This document shows, piece by piece, positions 55,517 through 64,000 of a stretch of 64,000 nt of DNA (position 1 is the first letter of the stretch; the number at the start of each line of letters is the position of its first letter). Position numbers and translations under genes: made by a program. The notes beneath the pieces were generated by a model, which was not told the DNA's origin, did no database searches, and saw nothing but the letters and a program-made list of their open reading frames with translations. The stretch comes from Alphaproteobacteria bacterium (GTDB lineage: Bacteria > Pseudomonadota > Alphaproteobacteria > CALKHQ01), in assembly GCA_965227515.1 (NCBI GenBank), contig CBDDFZ010000001.1:3840001-3904000 (forward strand), written 5' to 3'.

Positions 55517-56128
55517 TCAGCGGCAGCGGTCGCTTGTCGGGTCCGCCGCGCAGCACTGGTCGAGGGTCCAGTCCTCGAACGGCATGTGCCCCTGCAAGTC
55601 GTCCAGCGCCGCGGCAAACCCGTCGAGCCCGTACGTGGCGATCCAGTTGTCGCCACCGACGGCGACCCAGAGGGTCAGGTCTTCGCTCTCACGCAATCCG
55701 GGAAGGAACCCGGTTAGGATGTTGTTCTTGATCCAGATGTCTCCATCCACCCCCTCCACACCCCAAGCGCGTCGCTCGATGACGAGCGCTTCCGTATCGT
55801 CAAGCGCGACCCGCAACGTTGCGTCGGTGAAATTACCCGGGCTGACCGGGCCAGTCGCGCTGTCGAGCAGGCCTCCGGACAGGGTGATGTGCGATTCGCC
55901 GAAAACCGAGACGCCAAGGGCGTCGGAACGCAACTGGCATGCCGCTTGCCGCTCCAGATGCCGGCAGTGATTGCAGGTGACGGTCCAGGCCTGGTAGGTG
56001 CGCGCGTATTCGATATCGCCGTCGATCTTACCCGGCGGAGGAACATCGTGCTCCCCTTCCGCCCAGGCCGGTGTCGCCAGGCAGACAACCGCAGCAATGT
56101 AGCCAGCGAGAGCGATCACACGTTGCAT
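55517..56128 (-). CDS. Secreted hypothetical protein (IalB-like beta fold)
   Basis: Signal peptide; YQAWTVTC..C and YGLDGFAAAL patterns. Confidence 0.6.
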   Translation of the reverse strand: MQRVIALAGYIAAVVCLATPAWAEGEHDVPPPGKIDGDIEYARTYQAWTVTCNHCRHLERQAACQLRSDALGVSVFGESHITLSGGLLDSATGPVSPGNFTDATLRVALDDTEALVIERRAWGVEGVDGDIWIKNNILTGFLPGLRESEDLTLWVAVGGDNWIATYGLDGFAAALDDLQGHMPFEDWTLDQCCAADPTSDRCR

Positions 56129-56231
56129 GGCACAGTTCCCATCGACGACCTTAGCGCCATGCGAGGAGTTTGTCGCCGTTCGGCGCACCGAACCGCTGTC
56201 GGCTAGAACTCTCAGACCTTGCATTATCGCC

Positions 56232-56257
56232 ATGTGACGACTATTTCATTGTCATAT
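56232..56257. promoter_or_regulatory. Putative antitoxin operator
   Basis: ATGTGAC-N12-GTCATAT inverted repeat overlapping the first ATG. Confidence 0.4.
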
Positions 56258-56690
56258 GGCGAAATCCAGGGCGATCCAGATGGCAAGAACGATAGCGGGT
56301 ACCGAGCCGGCCTCGATACGGCACGATGACAACCGGACAGACACGGTTGCCGCCAAGGCGTTCAAGCGCATCGCCGGCTTCTGGCGGTTGAGCAACGACG
56401 AGGCGGCCGCGCTGATGGGCGTTTCGCCCAGGACATGGAGCCGGGTCAGATCGGGCACCTGGCAGGGCCGGCTGTCGCAAGACCAGTTACTGCGCCTCAG
56501 CGCGCTGACCGGCCTCTACAAGGCGCTCCACCTCTATTTCAGCGACCAGTTGGCGGACGCGTGGCCGCGATTGCCCAATGCCGGGGAGGCGTTTCGCGGC
56601 CGCACCCCTGTCGAGACGATGATAGATGGCGGATTGCCGGCGATAATGGGCACCCGCGACCTGGTCGATGCGCTGCGGGGCGGCGCGTGA
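56256..56690 (+). CDS. Xre/MbcA/ParS-type antitoxin
   Basis: HTH (AAALMGVSPRTW) plus LY.ALH..F..W...PN..F.G.TP C-domain; GTGA overlap with the toxin. Confidence 0.9.
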   Translation: MAKSRAIQMARTIAGTEPASIRHDDNRTDTVAAKAFKRIAGFWRLSNDEAAALMGVSPRTWSRVRSGTWQGRLSQDQLLRLSALTGLYKALHLYFSDQLADAWPRLPNAGEAFRGRTPVETMIDGGLPAIMGTRDLVDALRGGA

Positions 56691-57367
56691 GACTGCCCAC
56701 CACCGCGATTGCCGAGCCCGCGACCGTCCGCCTGATCCCGACCGCCTACTACAAGCCCCCGGTGCTGCGTGCCCTGGTGGACGACGACACCGAACTGGAA
56801 ATCCTGGAACAGCTTGAGGGCCTGACCAACGCCCGCCTGCGCGCCCAGGACACCGGCCTGCCCGACCTCGACGCGCGCGAGTTGGCATTCAAGGCCTGGG
56901 GCCACACCCACATCAACGCCGCGTTCGCCTACACCCGCCCGGATGGCAACCGGTTCAACGACGGGGATCGTGGCGCCTGGTATTGCGCCTTCGACGAACT
57001 GACGGCCATCGCCGAGGTCGGCTTTCACCGCACCAGGGAACTGCACAATATCAACGTCTTCGAGGACGAGGCGGTCTATCAGGCACTGATGGCCGGCTTC
57101 ATGGGCGACTTCGACGACCTGCGCAAGGCGTCGGGGACGCACCCATGCCTGTCGCCGGATACGGCCGTGGGCTACCCCGCCGGCCAGCGATTGGCGCGAG
57201 ACCTGCGCCAGGGCGGTGCCCGTGCGCTGATCTATCCCTCTGTGCGGCGCGACAAGGGCGTCTGCTTGGTCGCTTTCGAGCCGCATTTGGTGCAGAACGT
57301 ACGGCCCGGTGCGCGATGGAAACTGGCCTGGACGGGCACACCGGACTATATGGTCACCACGGCCTAG
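56687..57367 (+). CDS. RES-domain toxin (NAD+-degrading type)
   Basis: R (VRLI), RF..GAWYCA, E (AIAE), S (YPSVR). Confidence 0.9.
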   Translation: MRLPTTAIAEPATVRLIPTAYYKPPVLRALVDDDTELEILEQLEGLTNARLRAQDTGLPDLDARELAFKAWGHTHINAAFAYTRPDGNRFNDGDRGAWYCAFDELTAIAEVGFHRTRELHNINVFEDEAVYQALMAGFMGDFDDLRKASGTHPCLSPDTAVGYPAGQRLARDLRQGGARALIYPSVRRDKGVCLVAFEPHLVQNVRPGARWKLAWTGTPDYMVTTA

Positions 57368-57417
57368 GACAGGCGCACGGCATATGCCGGCATCCGGGCC
57401 GATCCAGAGAAGGCTAC

Positions 57418-57744
57418 ATGACAGCAAGGAACGCCAAGTACGTTATCGGCGACATCGTCAAGCACCGGTTCTTCCCGTTCCGGGGCGTGATCTTCGATGT
57501 CGACCCGGTTTTCGACAACACCGAGGAATGGTGGCTGTCGATCCCGGAGAACGTACGTCCGCGCAAGGACCAGCCGTTCTATCACCTGCTCGCGGTGGGT
57601 GAGGAAGGACCGTACGTCGCCTATGTCTCGGAACAGAACCTGCTGCCCGATGCCGAGAACGGCCCGGTCAAGCACCCGGCGGTGACCGAGGTGTTCAGCG
57701 AACTCTCCGACGGGCGCTACGTTTCGCGGATGACGCTTAATTAA
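57418..57744 (+). CDS. hspQ: Heat shock protein HspQ
   Basis: AKY.IG.IVKH..F.FRGVIFDVDP, DQPFYHLL, AYVSEQNL. Confidence 0.93.
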   Translation: MTARNAKYVIGDIVKHRFFPFRGVIFDVDPVFDNTEEWWLSIPENVRPRKDQPFYHLLAVGEEGPYVAYVSEQNLLPDAENGPVKHPAVTEVFSELSDGRYVSRMTLN

Positions 57745-57802
57745 CGCCGGTCTTTTTTGGCCACTCGCCGTGATCATCGCGCCTCAAGGAAAATGCCAAA
57801 CC

Positions 57803-57892
57803 CGTCATGCCCGCACTTGTTGCGGGCATCCACGAATTGGCGGCTTAGCCGCCAGGAAGACGTGGATGGTCGGGACAAGCCCGACCATGACG
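57803..57892. repeat. CGTC-type REP doublet
   Basis: CGTCATGCCCGCA-CTTGT-TGCGGGCATCCACG and inverted CGTCATGGTCGGG-CTTGT-CCCGACCATCCACG. Confidence 0.85.
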
Positions 57893-57927
57893 AATTGATG
57901 ACGGGACGTTTCCTGCCCTTGGCGTGA

Positions 57928-58908
57928 CTACCCGCCGCCCGCCTGCGCGCGTTCGGCGTGGTGGCAGGCGACCATGTGCGCGCTGCCATTGGCGCCCTTC
58001 AGCCCGCGCAGCTCAGGCACCTCGGCGGCGCAGCGGTCGTCGGCCAGCGGGCAGCGCGGGTGGAAATGGCAGCCGGGCGGCGGCGCCTCCGGGCTCGGCA
58101 TCTCGCCCTTCAGGTTGATGCGCGCGCCACGCGACTTGGGGTCGGGCACCGGGATCGCGGAGATCAGCGCCTGGGTGTAGGGATGCGCCGGCGCGGCGTA
58201 GAGCGCCTTGGCGTCCGCCATCTCGACGATGCGCCCAAGATACATCACCGCCACCCGGTTGGAGATGTACTCCACCACCGACAGGTCGTGCGAGATGAAG
58301 ATATAGGCGAGCCCCATCTCGCGGCGCAGCTCGACCAGCAGGTTCAGGATCTGCGACTGGATCGAGACGTCGAGCGCGGAGACCGGCTCGTCGGCGATCA
58401 CCAGCTTGGGCTTCAACGCGATGGCGCGCGCGATGCCAATGCGCTGGCGCTGGCCGCCGGAAAATTCGTGCGGATAGCGGCTGGCGGCGTCCGCGCCCAG
58501 GCCGACGCGTTCAAGCAGGTCCGCCACCATCTGGCGCCGCTCCGCCCGGTTGCCGACGCCGTGCACCGCGAGCGGCTCGCCAATGATGGACCCGACCTTG
58601 AGCCGCGGGTCCAGCGACGCGAACGGATCCTGGAAGATGAGCTGCATGTGGCGGCGCAACCGGCGCAAGCCGGGCGACGACAGCGCGCGCACGTCGGCCC
58701 CATCGAACATGATGCTGCCGTCGCTGGGCTCGACCAGGCGCAGGATCAGCCGGGCAAGCGTGGACTTGCCGCAGCCGGACTCACCGACGACGCCCAGCGT
58801 CTCGCCAGCCGCCACGGTCAGGCTGGCGCCGTCAACCGCGCGCAACTGGCCGCCGTCGCCGGTGGCGAAGTCCCGGACCAGGCCCTGCACTTCCAGCAAC
58901 GGCGTCAT
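57928..58908 (-). CDS. Peptide ABC ATP-binding protein (OppF/DppF-like)
   Basis: [33 protein letters not shown]. Confidence 0.94.
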   Translation of the reverse strand: MTPLLEVQGLVRDFATGDGGQLRAVDGASLTVAAGETLGVVGESGCGKSTLARLILRLVEPSDGSIMFDGADVRALSSPGLRRLRRHMQLIFQDPFASLDPRLKVGSIIGEPLAVHGVGNRAERRQMVADLLERVGLGADAASRYPHEFSGGQRQRIGIARAIALKPKLVIADEPVSALDVSIQSQILNLLVELRREMGLAYIFISHDLSVVEYISNRVAVMYLGRIVEMADAKALYAAPAHPYTQALISAIPVPDPKSRGARINLKGEMPSPEAPPPGCHFHPRCPLADDRCAAEVPELRGLKGANGSAHMVACHHAERAQAGGG

Positions 58909-59945
58909 GTAGCCGGGTTCCAGCATGCAACGGGGTGCGCGGTGCCCTCATCCAAACGCGCCAGTGGCGGGCGTTCGGTGCGGCAGCGGTCCTGCCGGCG
59001 GCTGCAGCGCTCGTAGAAGTGGCACCCCGCCCCTCGGTCGCCGGGGCTCGGCACCATGCCGGGAATACTCGGCAAAACGTCGCCCGATGCATCCGGCCGC
59101 GGGATCGAGGCCAGCAGGCCACGGGTATAGGGATGGCGGGGAGCGGCGAACAGCGTCTCCACCGCGCACTGTTCCACCACCCGGCCGGCGTACATCACCA
59201 CCACCTCGTCGCAGAACCGCGCCACTAGCCCCAGGTCGTGGGTGATCAGCAGCATCGACATCGATTGCTCGGTACTGAGGTCGGCCAGCAGTTCCATGAT
59301 CTGGGCCTGGATGGTGACGTCCAGCGCCGTGGTCGGTTCGTCGGCGATCAGCAGATCGGGGCCGCAGGCGATGGCGATGGCGATCATCACGCGCTGGCGC
59401 AGTCCCCCGCTCAGCTCGTGCGGATATTGCCTCAGCCGGCGCTGGGCGGCGCCGATGCCGACCTGGTGCAGCAGCGCCTCGGCCTGTTGCAGCGCCTCGC
59501 CGCGCGAGATGTCGCGATGCAGCCTCAGCGCCTCGGAAATCTGCGCGCCGACCGTGTAGACCGGGTTCAGGCTGGTCATCGGCTCCTGGAAGATCATGCC
59601 GATGCGGTTGCCGCGCATGCGGCGCATCTGGCTGGCGCTCAGACGCAACAGATCGGTGCCGTCGAACATGACGCGGCTGCCGCGCTCGATCCGCGCCGGC
59701 GGCATCTCCAGCAGCCGCAGGATCGACATGGCGGTCACGCTCTTGCCGCAGCCGCTCTCCCCCACCAGCCCGATGGTGTGCCCGCGCGGCACCGCGAACG
59801 AGACGTCGTCCACCACGCGCACGTGGCCGCCTTCGGTGTTGAAGCCGATCGAGAGGTTCTCGATGGAAAGGAGGGGTGCGGTTGCGGTGGCATCGGTGCC
59901 GGTTGGCACTTCCGCTCGATCGCTATCCTCCAGACCTATACTCAT
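58905..59945 (-). CDS. Peptide ABC ATP-binding protein (OppD/DppD-like)
   Basis: [34 protein letters not shown]. Confidence 0.93.
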   Translation of the reverse strand: MSIGLEDSDRAEVPTGTDATATAPLLSIENLSIGFNTEGGHVRVVDDVSFAVPRGHTIGLVGESGCGKSVTAMSILRLLEMPPARIERGSRVMFDGTDLLRLSASQMRRMRGNRIGMIFQEPMTSLNPVYTVGAQISEALRLHRDISRGEALQQAEALLHQVGIGAAQRRLRQYPHELSGGLRQRVMIAIAIACGPDLLIADEPTTALDVTIQAQIMELLADLSTEQSMSMLLITHDLGLVARFCDEVVVMYAGRVVEQCAVETLFAAPRHPYTRGLLASIPRPDASGDVLPSIPGMVPSPGDRGAGCHFYERCSRRQDRCRTERPPLARLDEGTAHPVACWNPAT

Positions 59946-60123
59946 TGTCGTCCTCGCCCTTGTGGCGAGGACCCATCGCGGTGCGCGGCGGCGGAGCGTC
60001 CCAAGTACATGCCCATTGCATTTGCATGCACTATGAGGCGATCCCATAAACAGCGATAGACATGGGTCTAGGCAGAGTCCTTGGCCACAAATGGACCCTC
60101 GCCACAAGGGCGAGGGCGACAAT
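59944..60123. repeat. GTC-headed hairpin doublet (non-autonomous relative of the GIY-YIG unit)
   Basis: 33-nt inverted repeats (3 mismatches) with a CTTGT loop around a ~115-nt spacer. Confidence 0.85.
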
Positions 60124-60135
60124 TGAGTTTGAAAA

Positions 60136-61077
60136 CTACTCCAGCACCTGGCGCGGGAAGTAGGCCGAGACCACCCAGTTCGGTACGTCGACGATGCAGC
60201 TGATCTTCAGGTCGACGCAGGTGCTGGTCAGCATGTAGGCCTCCACCGGCGCCATGCCGGTCTGCTTGGCCAGCAGGTCGACCATGCCCGAGAGCGCATC
60301 GCGCGCGCCGGTCATCAGGTCGGGGCCGATGCCGGTGGTCACCTCATAGCCCGCGCTGTCGATGTGGTTGGACACCGATCCTGGTACCGTGAAACGCGGA
60401 AACTTCAGGTTGGCGTCCTTCACCAGGTCCAGGCGCACCGCGATGTCCATCGGGCTCTCGATTGCCGTACCGCAGACCTCGCCATCGCCCTGCGCCGCAT
60501 GGGTATCGCCGATGGAAAACAGCCCGCCGGGCACCTCCACCGGCAGATAGAGCGTGGTACCGGCGGTCATGTCGCGAATGTCGATATTGCCGCCGACGCG
60601 GCGCGGCGGCACCACGCTGTGGTGGCCGGGCTCGGCAAGTGCGAGCCCGATGGTGCCGGCGAACGGCCGCAGCGGGATTTTTGCACCCGGGCCATAGAGC
60701 GCCGGGGTCTTGCCGCTGGGGTCGTACTTCCAGATATGCAGCGCCGGGTCCTTGAACTGGTCGGCCAGCAGCCCGAAGCCGGGGATGTTGGCGGTCCAGC
60801 CCCAACCCGAGGGGCCATAGTCGAGCAAGGTGACGGCAATCGCGTCACCCGGCTCCGCCCCGTCGACATAGACCGGGCCGGTGACCGGATTGACCAGCCC
60901 GAAGTCGATGCCCGGCACATCGGCCACCGTCGACGCCGGGGAGAGTTGTCCCCCCGACGCATCGACGGTTTCGAACGCGATCTCGGTGCCCGGCGCCACC
61001 GTCAGCTTGGGCGGGAACGTGTTGTCCCAGCCGTGATGGTGATCATGGGCGTGGATCGTGTGCGCAGCGCTCAGCAT
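60136..61077 (-). CDS. Acetamidase/formamidase family protein
   Basis: [38 protein letters not shown]. Confidence 0.93.
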   Translation of the reverse strand: MLSAAHTIHAHDHHHGWDNTFPPKLTVAPGTEIAFETVDASGGQLSPASTVADVPGIDFGLVNPVTGPVYVDGAEPGDAIAVTLLDYGPSGWGWTANIPGFGLLADQFKDPALHIWKYDPSGKTPALYGPGAKIPLRPFAGTIGLALAEPGHHSVVPPRRVGGNIDIRDMTAGTTLYLPVEVPGGLFSIGDTHAAQGDGEVCGTAIESPMDIAVRLDLVKDANLKFPRFTVPGSVSNHIDSAGYEVTTGIGPDLMTGARDALSGMVDLLAKQTGMAPVEAYMLTSTCVDLKISCIVDVPNWVVSAYFPRQVLE

Positions 61078-61079
61078 CG

Positions 61080-62723
61080 CTATTCAGCTTCGCACAGGTG
61101 CACGTAGTCGTAGTGGACCGGGATGTGCACCGGGTCGACGAAGATCTCGTCCGGGCCGCAGATCCGCTCCGACTTGAAGGTGAAGCGCTGCTCGTTGAAC
61201 ACCGGCACCCACGGTGCGTCGTCCAGGACGGACATGAAAATGTCCTCCCATTCCTGCAGCCTGAGCTCGGCCTCGTCCGGGTTGGTCATGGCATCCGCCG
61301 CGGCGGCACGCGCGTCCAGTTCCTCGTTGCAGTACCAGGCCCAGTTCCAACCGCCCTGCACCGCGCCACCGCAGCCCAGGATCGGGCCGTAGAAGTTCGA
61401 CGGATCGGGGAAGTCGGCGATCCAGGCCATGCCGCCGGACCAGATCATCGGCGCCTGGTCGGGCTCGCCGCCGGCCGCGATCACCGTCGATTGCGCCAGC
61501 GAGTTGATCTCTGCGTTGATGCCGATCTCAGCCAGATCCTGCTGGATCGCCTGGGCAATGCGCGGGTTGGGATCGGTGTTCATGACATAGAGCTCGGTGT
61601 CGAACCCGTCGGGATACCCCGCTTCGGCCAGTGCCTCGCGGGCCGCGTCAGGCGCATACGGATAGCCGATGTCACCCGGCGCATAGGCCGGCATGGCCGG
61701 CGGCAGCGGCTGGTTGGCCGGCACGGCGCGCCCGTTGATGATGCGCACGATGCGGTCCTTGTTGATCGCCATGTTCACGGCCTGGCGAACCAGCACGTTG
61801 TCGAACGGCGGGATGTTGACGTTCATGGTGACGTAGCCGGTGTGAAGCTGGCCGCCCTCGATCAACTGGTCCTGATAATCCGGGTTGTCGCGGACATCGA
61901 CGAAGCGGGCCGGCGGCACGCCGTCGCCCAGGATGTCGACCTCGCCGTTCTCCAGCCGTAACAGGGCCACCGAGGGATCCTGGCCGACTTCGAACACGAT
62001 CTCGTCCAGCTTCGGCAGATCGGCACGGAAATAGTCGTCGTTGCGCGCGAACACCAGGCGCTGGCCCAGGGTCCATTCGGCCAGACTGTACGCACCGGTG
62101 CCGACCGGGTTCTTGCCGAAGTCGGCGCCGAACTCCTCCACCGCCTCCTGCGGCACGGCAAAGGCGAAGTTGATCGCCAGCACGTGCAGGAACGTTGCGT
62201 CGGGACGCGACAGATGGAACACGACCGTGCGGTCGTCCGGCGTCTCGATGCCGCTCAGTCCGTCGGCTTCGCCGGCGGCGGCGGCATCGAAGCCGTCGAT
62301 CATGCCGAAGAAGCCCTGGCCGGGGCTCAAGGTCTCCGGGTTCACCGTGCGCTCGATCGAATACTTGATGTCGGCGGAGGTCAGCGCGCGGCCATTGTGG
62401 AAGGTCACACCCTCCCGCAGGACGAACGTGTAGGTCAGTCCGTCGCTGGAAATCTCATAGCTCTCGGCCAGGTCGGGGATCAGCTCGGTGCTGCCGGGCT
62501 TGTAGTCCATCAGCCCGTCGAACAGGCTCTTGATCATCGACCAGTTCTGCCAGTCGTAACCAATGGCCGGGTCCAGCGTCGACACGTCGTCGTTGTAGGT
62601 GACGATCATGCTGCCGCCCATCGGCACGTCGGCAAAGGCGGCATCGCCGTCCTGCGCGCTCGCCTGTCCGGCGACGAGCGTCAGCGCCGCAATCGCGGTA
62701 GTGGCGGCAAGGAGTTTGCGCAT
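61080..62723 (-). CDS. Peptide-type ABC substrate-binding protein (family 5)
   Basis: Signal peptide; TLDPA, PDLAES, LREGVTFHNG, PVGTG, VRQAVNMAINK. Confidence 0.94.
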   Translation of the reverse strand: MRKLLAATTAIAALTLVAGQASAQDGDAAFADVPMGGSMIVTYNDDVSTLDPAIGYDWQNWSMIKSLFDGLMDYKPGSTELIPDLAESYEISSDGLTYTFVLREGVTFHNGRALTSADIKYSIERTVNPETLSPGQGFFGMIDGFDAAAAGEADGLSGIETPDDRTVVFHLSRPDATFLHVLAINFAFAVPQEAVEEFGADFGKNPVGTGAYSLAEWTLGQRLVFARNDDYFRADLPKLDEIVFEVGQDPSVALLRLENGEVDILGDGVPPARFVDVRDNPDYQDQLIEGGQLHTGYVTMNVNIPPFDNVLVRQAVNMAINKDRIVRIINGRAVPANQPLPPAMPAYAPGDIGYPYAPDAAREALAEAGYPDGFDTELYVMNTDPNPRIAQAIQQDLAEIGINAEINSLAQSTVIAAGGEPDQAPMIWSGGMAWIADFPDPSNFYGPILGCGGAVQGGWNWAWYCNEELDARAAAADAMTNPDEAELRLQEWEDIFMSVLDDAPWVPVFNEQRFTFKSERICGPDEIFVDPVHIPVHYDYVHLCEAE

Positions 62724-62963
62724 GGTTTCGGTCCCCCGATGATGTTGTTGTGGTCCGTCATCGGGCTAGCAATCGTTGTGCCGGCCCAGGCGGAACCTTG
62801 TCGCGTGCACGGATAGTTGACCACAGCGGGCCGGGTCGCCGCAATGGCGGATAAGCTGCCCGTCCCGCTCCCTTCACGGTGCTGTCAACTCCGGCCAGCC
62901 GGTATGCGCTTGTCTCGCGGCCACGTGGCGCTATCCTCCGTTGCCAGACGATCGGAGCAGTAC

Positions 62964-63401
62964 ATGGACCTTTTGCGTGTCCGCCACTGGCAGGCCCTTG
63001 TTGTCGCCGCGCTTCTTGCGATGGTGCCGATGGCGGCCAACGCGGGCGTGGCGGTGTATGCCGGCACCTATGCCGGCACCTATCGCGCCCAGGTGGATAC
63101 GGTTGAGCGCGGCTCCTGGTGCGCGGTCGTCGATACCGACGGCAGCATTACCGGCATGGTCCATTCCGATGTGACCGGCCGGCAATATCCGTTCAACGGC
63201 ACGGTCACGCGCGACGGCGGCATGGCGATGTCGACCGGGCAGACCGGCGCCGGCAGCATCTTCGCCGGCATGATCGAGGACGACATGAGCGTCTCCGGCA
63301 CCTGGCGCAACGTCTCGGCGCCCGAGCGATTCAACGGCACCTTCGAGGGCGCGCAGGAGCCGCCGGGCACCAACCCGCTCTGCGGCGAACCGGGGGCTTA
63401 G
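62964..63401 (+). CDS. Secreted beta-rich hypothetical protein
   Basis: Signal peptide (ANA); YAGTY.GTY, SGTW, GTF.G motifs. Confidence 0.7.
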   Translation: MDLLRVRHWQALVVAALLAMVPMAANAGVAVYAGTYAGTYRAQVDTVERGSWCAVVDTDGSITGMVHSDVTGRQYPFNGTVTRDGGMAMSTGQTGAGSIFAGMIEDDMSVSGTWRNVSAPERFNGTFEGAQEPPGTNPLCGEPGA

Positions 63402-63417
63402 GCGCGCCAATAACTGC

Positions 63418-63794
63418 CGTCGCCCTCGCACTTGTTGCGAGGGCCCATCGACATGCCAGACTGACTGTCGATGAGCTGTTACGTCTACATCCTTGCGAGC
63501 CGACCGTACGGCACGCTCTATGTTGGCATGACCAACGATCTCATACGTCGTGTCTGGGAGCATCGTGGAGGTCTTGTCGCCGGCTTCACTCGCCAAAACA
63601 ACATCAAACATCTTGTCTATTTCGAGGTTCTCGATACGGCCCCCGATGCAATTCGGCGCGAGAAGAGACTGAAGCAATATCGGAGGGACTGGAAGATCAA
63701 CTTGATCGAGCGCGACAACCCTCACTGGGAGGACCTTTGGCCGACTATCGCGCGTTAGGCGAAATGGGCCCTCGCAACAAGTGCGAGGGCGACG
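63418..63794 (+). mobile_element. Candidate REP-bounded GIY-YIG element
   Basis: Perfect 31-bp inverted repeats CGTCGCCCTCGCACTTGTTGCGAGGGCCCAT (63418-63448 and 63764-63794) bracket one gene. Confidence 0.7.
63471..63758 (+). CDS. Small GIY-YIG nuclease
   Basis: YVYILAS..GTLYVG.T.DL.RR..EH, FT, A..REK.LK..R.WK..LIE..NP.W.DL. Confidence 0.93.
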   Translation: MSCYVYILASRPYGTLYVGMTNDLIRRVWEHRGGLVAGFTRQNNIKHLVYFEVLDTAPDAIRREKRLKQYRRDWKINLIERDNPHWEDLWPTIAR

Positions 63795-63815
63795 AAAATA
63801 TAGGTGCGGGTCTCC

Positions 63816-64000
63816 CTACCCCCGTCGCCGCACCAGCGAGATACGCGGGTCGATGAACGGGGCCAGGAAATCGGCCAGCAGATTGCCGACCAGGATGGCG
63901 AGCGCCGCCACCAGCGTCACGCCCATGATGATCGGGATATCGATGCGCTGGATCGCCTGCCAGGCAAGCTGGCCGATGCCGGGCCAGCCGAACACGGTCT
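63816..64000 (-). CDS. Peptide ABC permease (OppB/DppB-like), 3' end only
   Basis: TVFGWPGIG..DIPIIMG..NLLAD..DPRI. Confidence 0.9.
   Translation of the reverse strand, partial: TVFGWPGIGQLAWQAIQRIDIPIIMGVTLVAALAILVGNLLADFLAPFIDPRISLVRRRG

Overview
GC-rich alphaproteobacterial (Rhodospirillales-like) chromosomal segment. Core genes: livHMGF-DUF6867-livK, mucR, nrdR-ribD-ribE-ribH-nusB-thiL, K+-independent H+-PPase, iolC, tRNA-Ser(GCT), speD-speE, nhaA, hspQ, and a peptide-type ABC/acetamidase operon. Accessory content: a partial type I secretion ABC gene, a vanadium-haloperoxidase-like gene, a LapG-like protease, a RES-Xre toxin-antitoxin pair, and three IS elements (IS110/IS1111, IS5, IS481). 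The main observations: (1) a 377-bp unit in which a small GIY-YIG nuclease is flanked by perfect 31-bp inverted CGTC-type hairpins, plus two nuclease-less doublets whose stems covary around an invariant CTTGT loop, a candidate nuclease-driven REP/REPIN system; (2) an IS1111-type element inserted in the GTAG head of a REP, with four candidate target/donor guides readable in its 3' non-coding bridge/seek RNA region; (3) an AraC-regulated PhyH dioxygenase, sugar ABC, atypical ribokinase, RbsD and degenerate PanB cluster that suggests an uncharacterised modified-pentose pathway; (4) a TA-flanked MITE-like family with variable palindromic cargo that supplies stop codons. All calls come from reading motifs by eye; no database searches were run.
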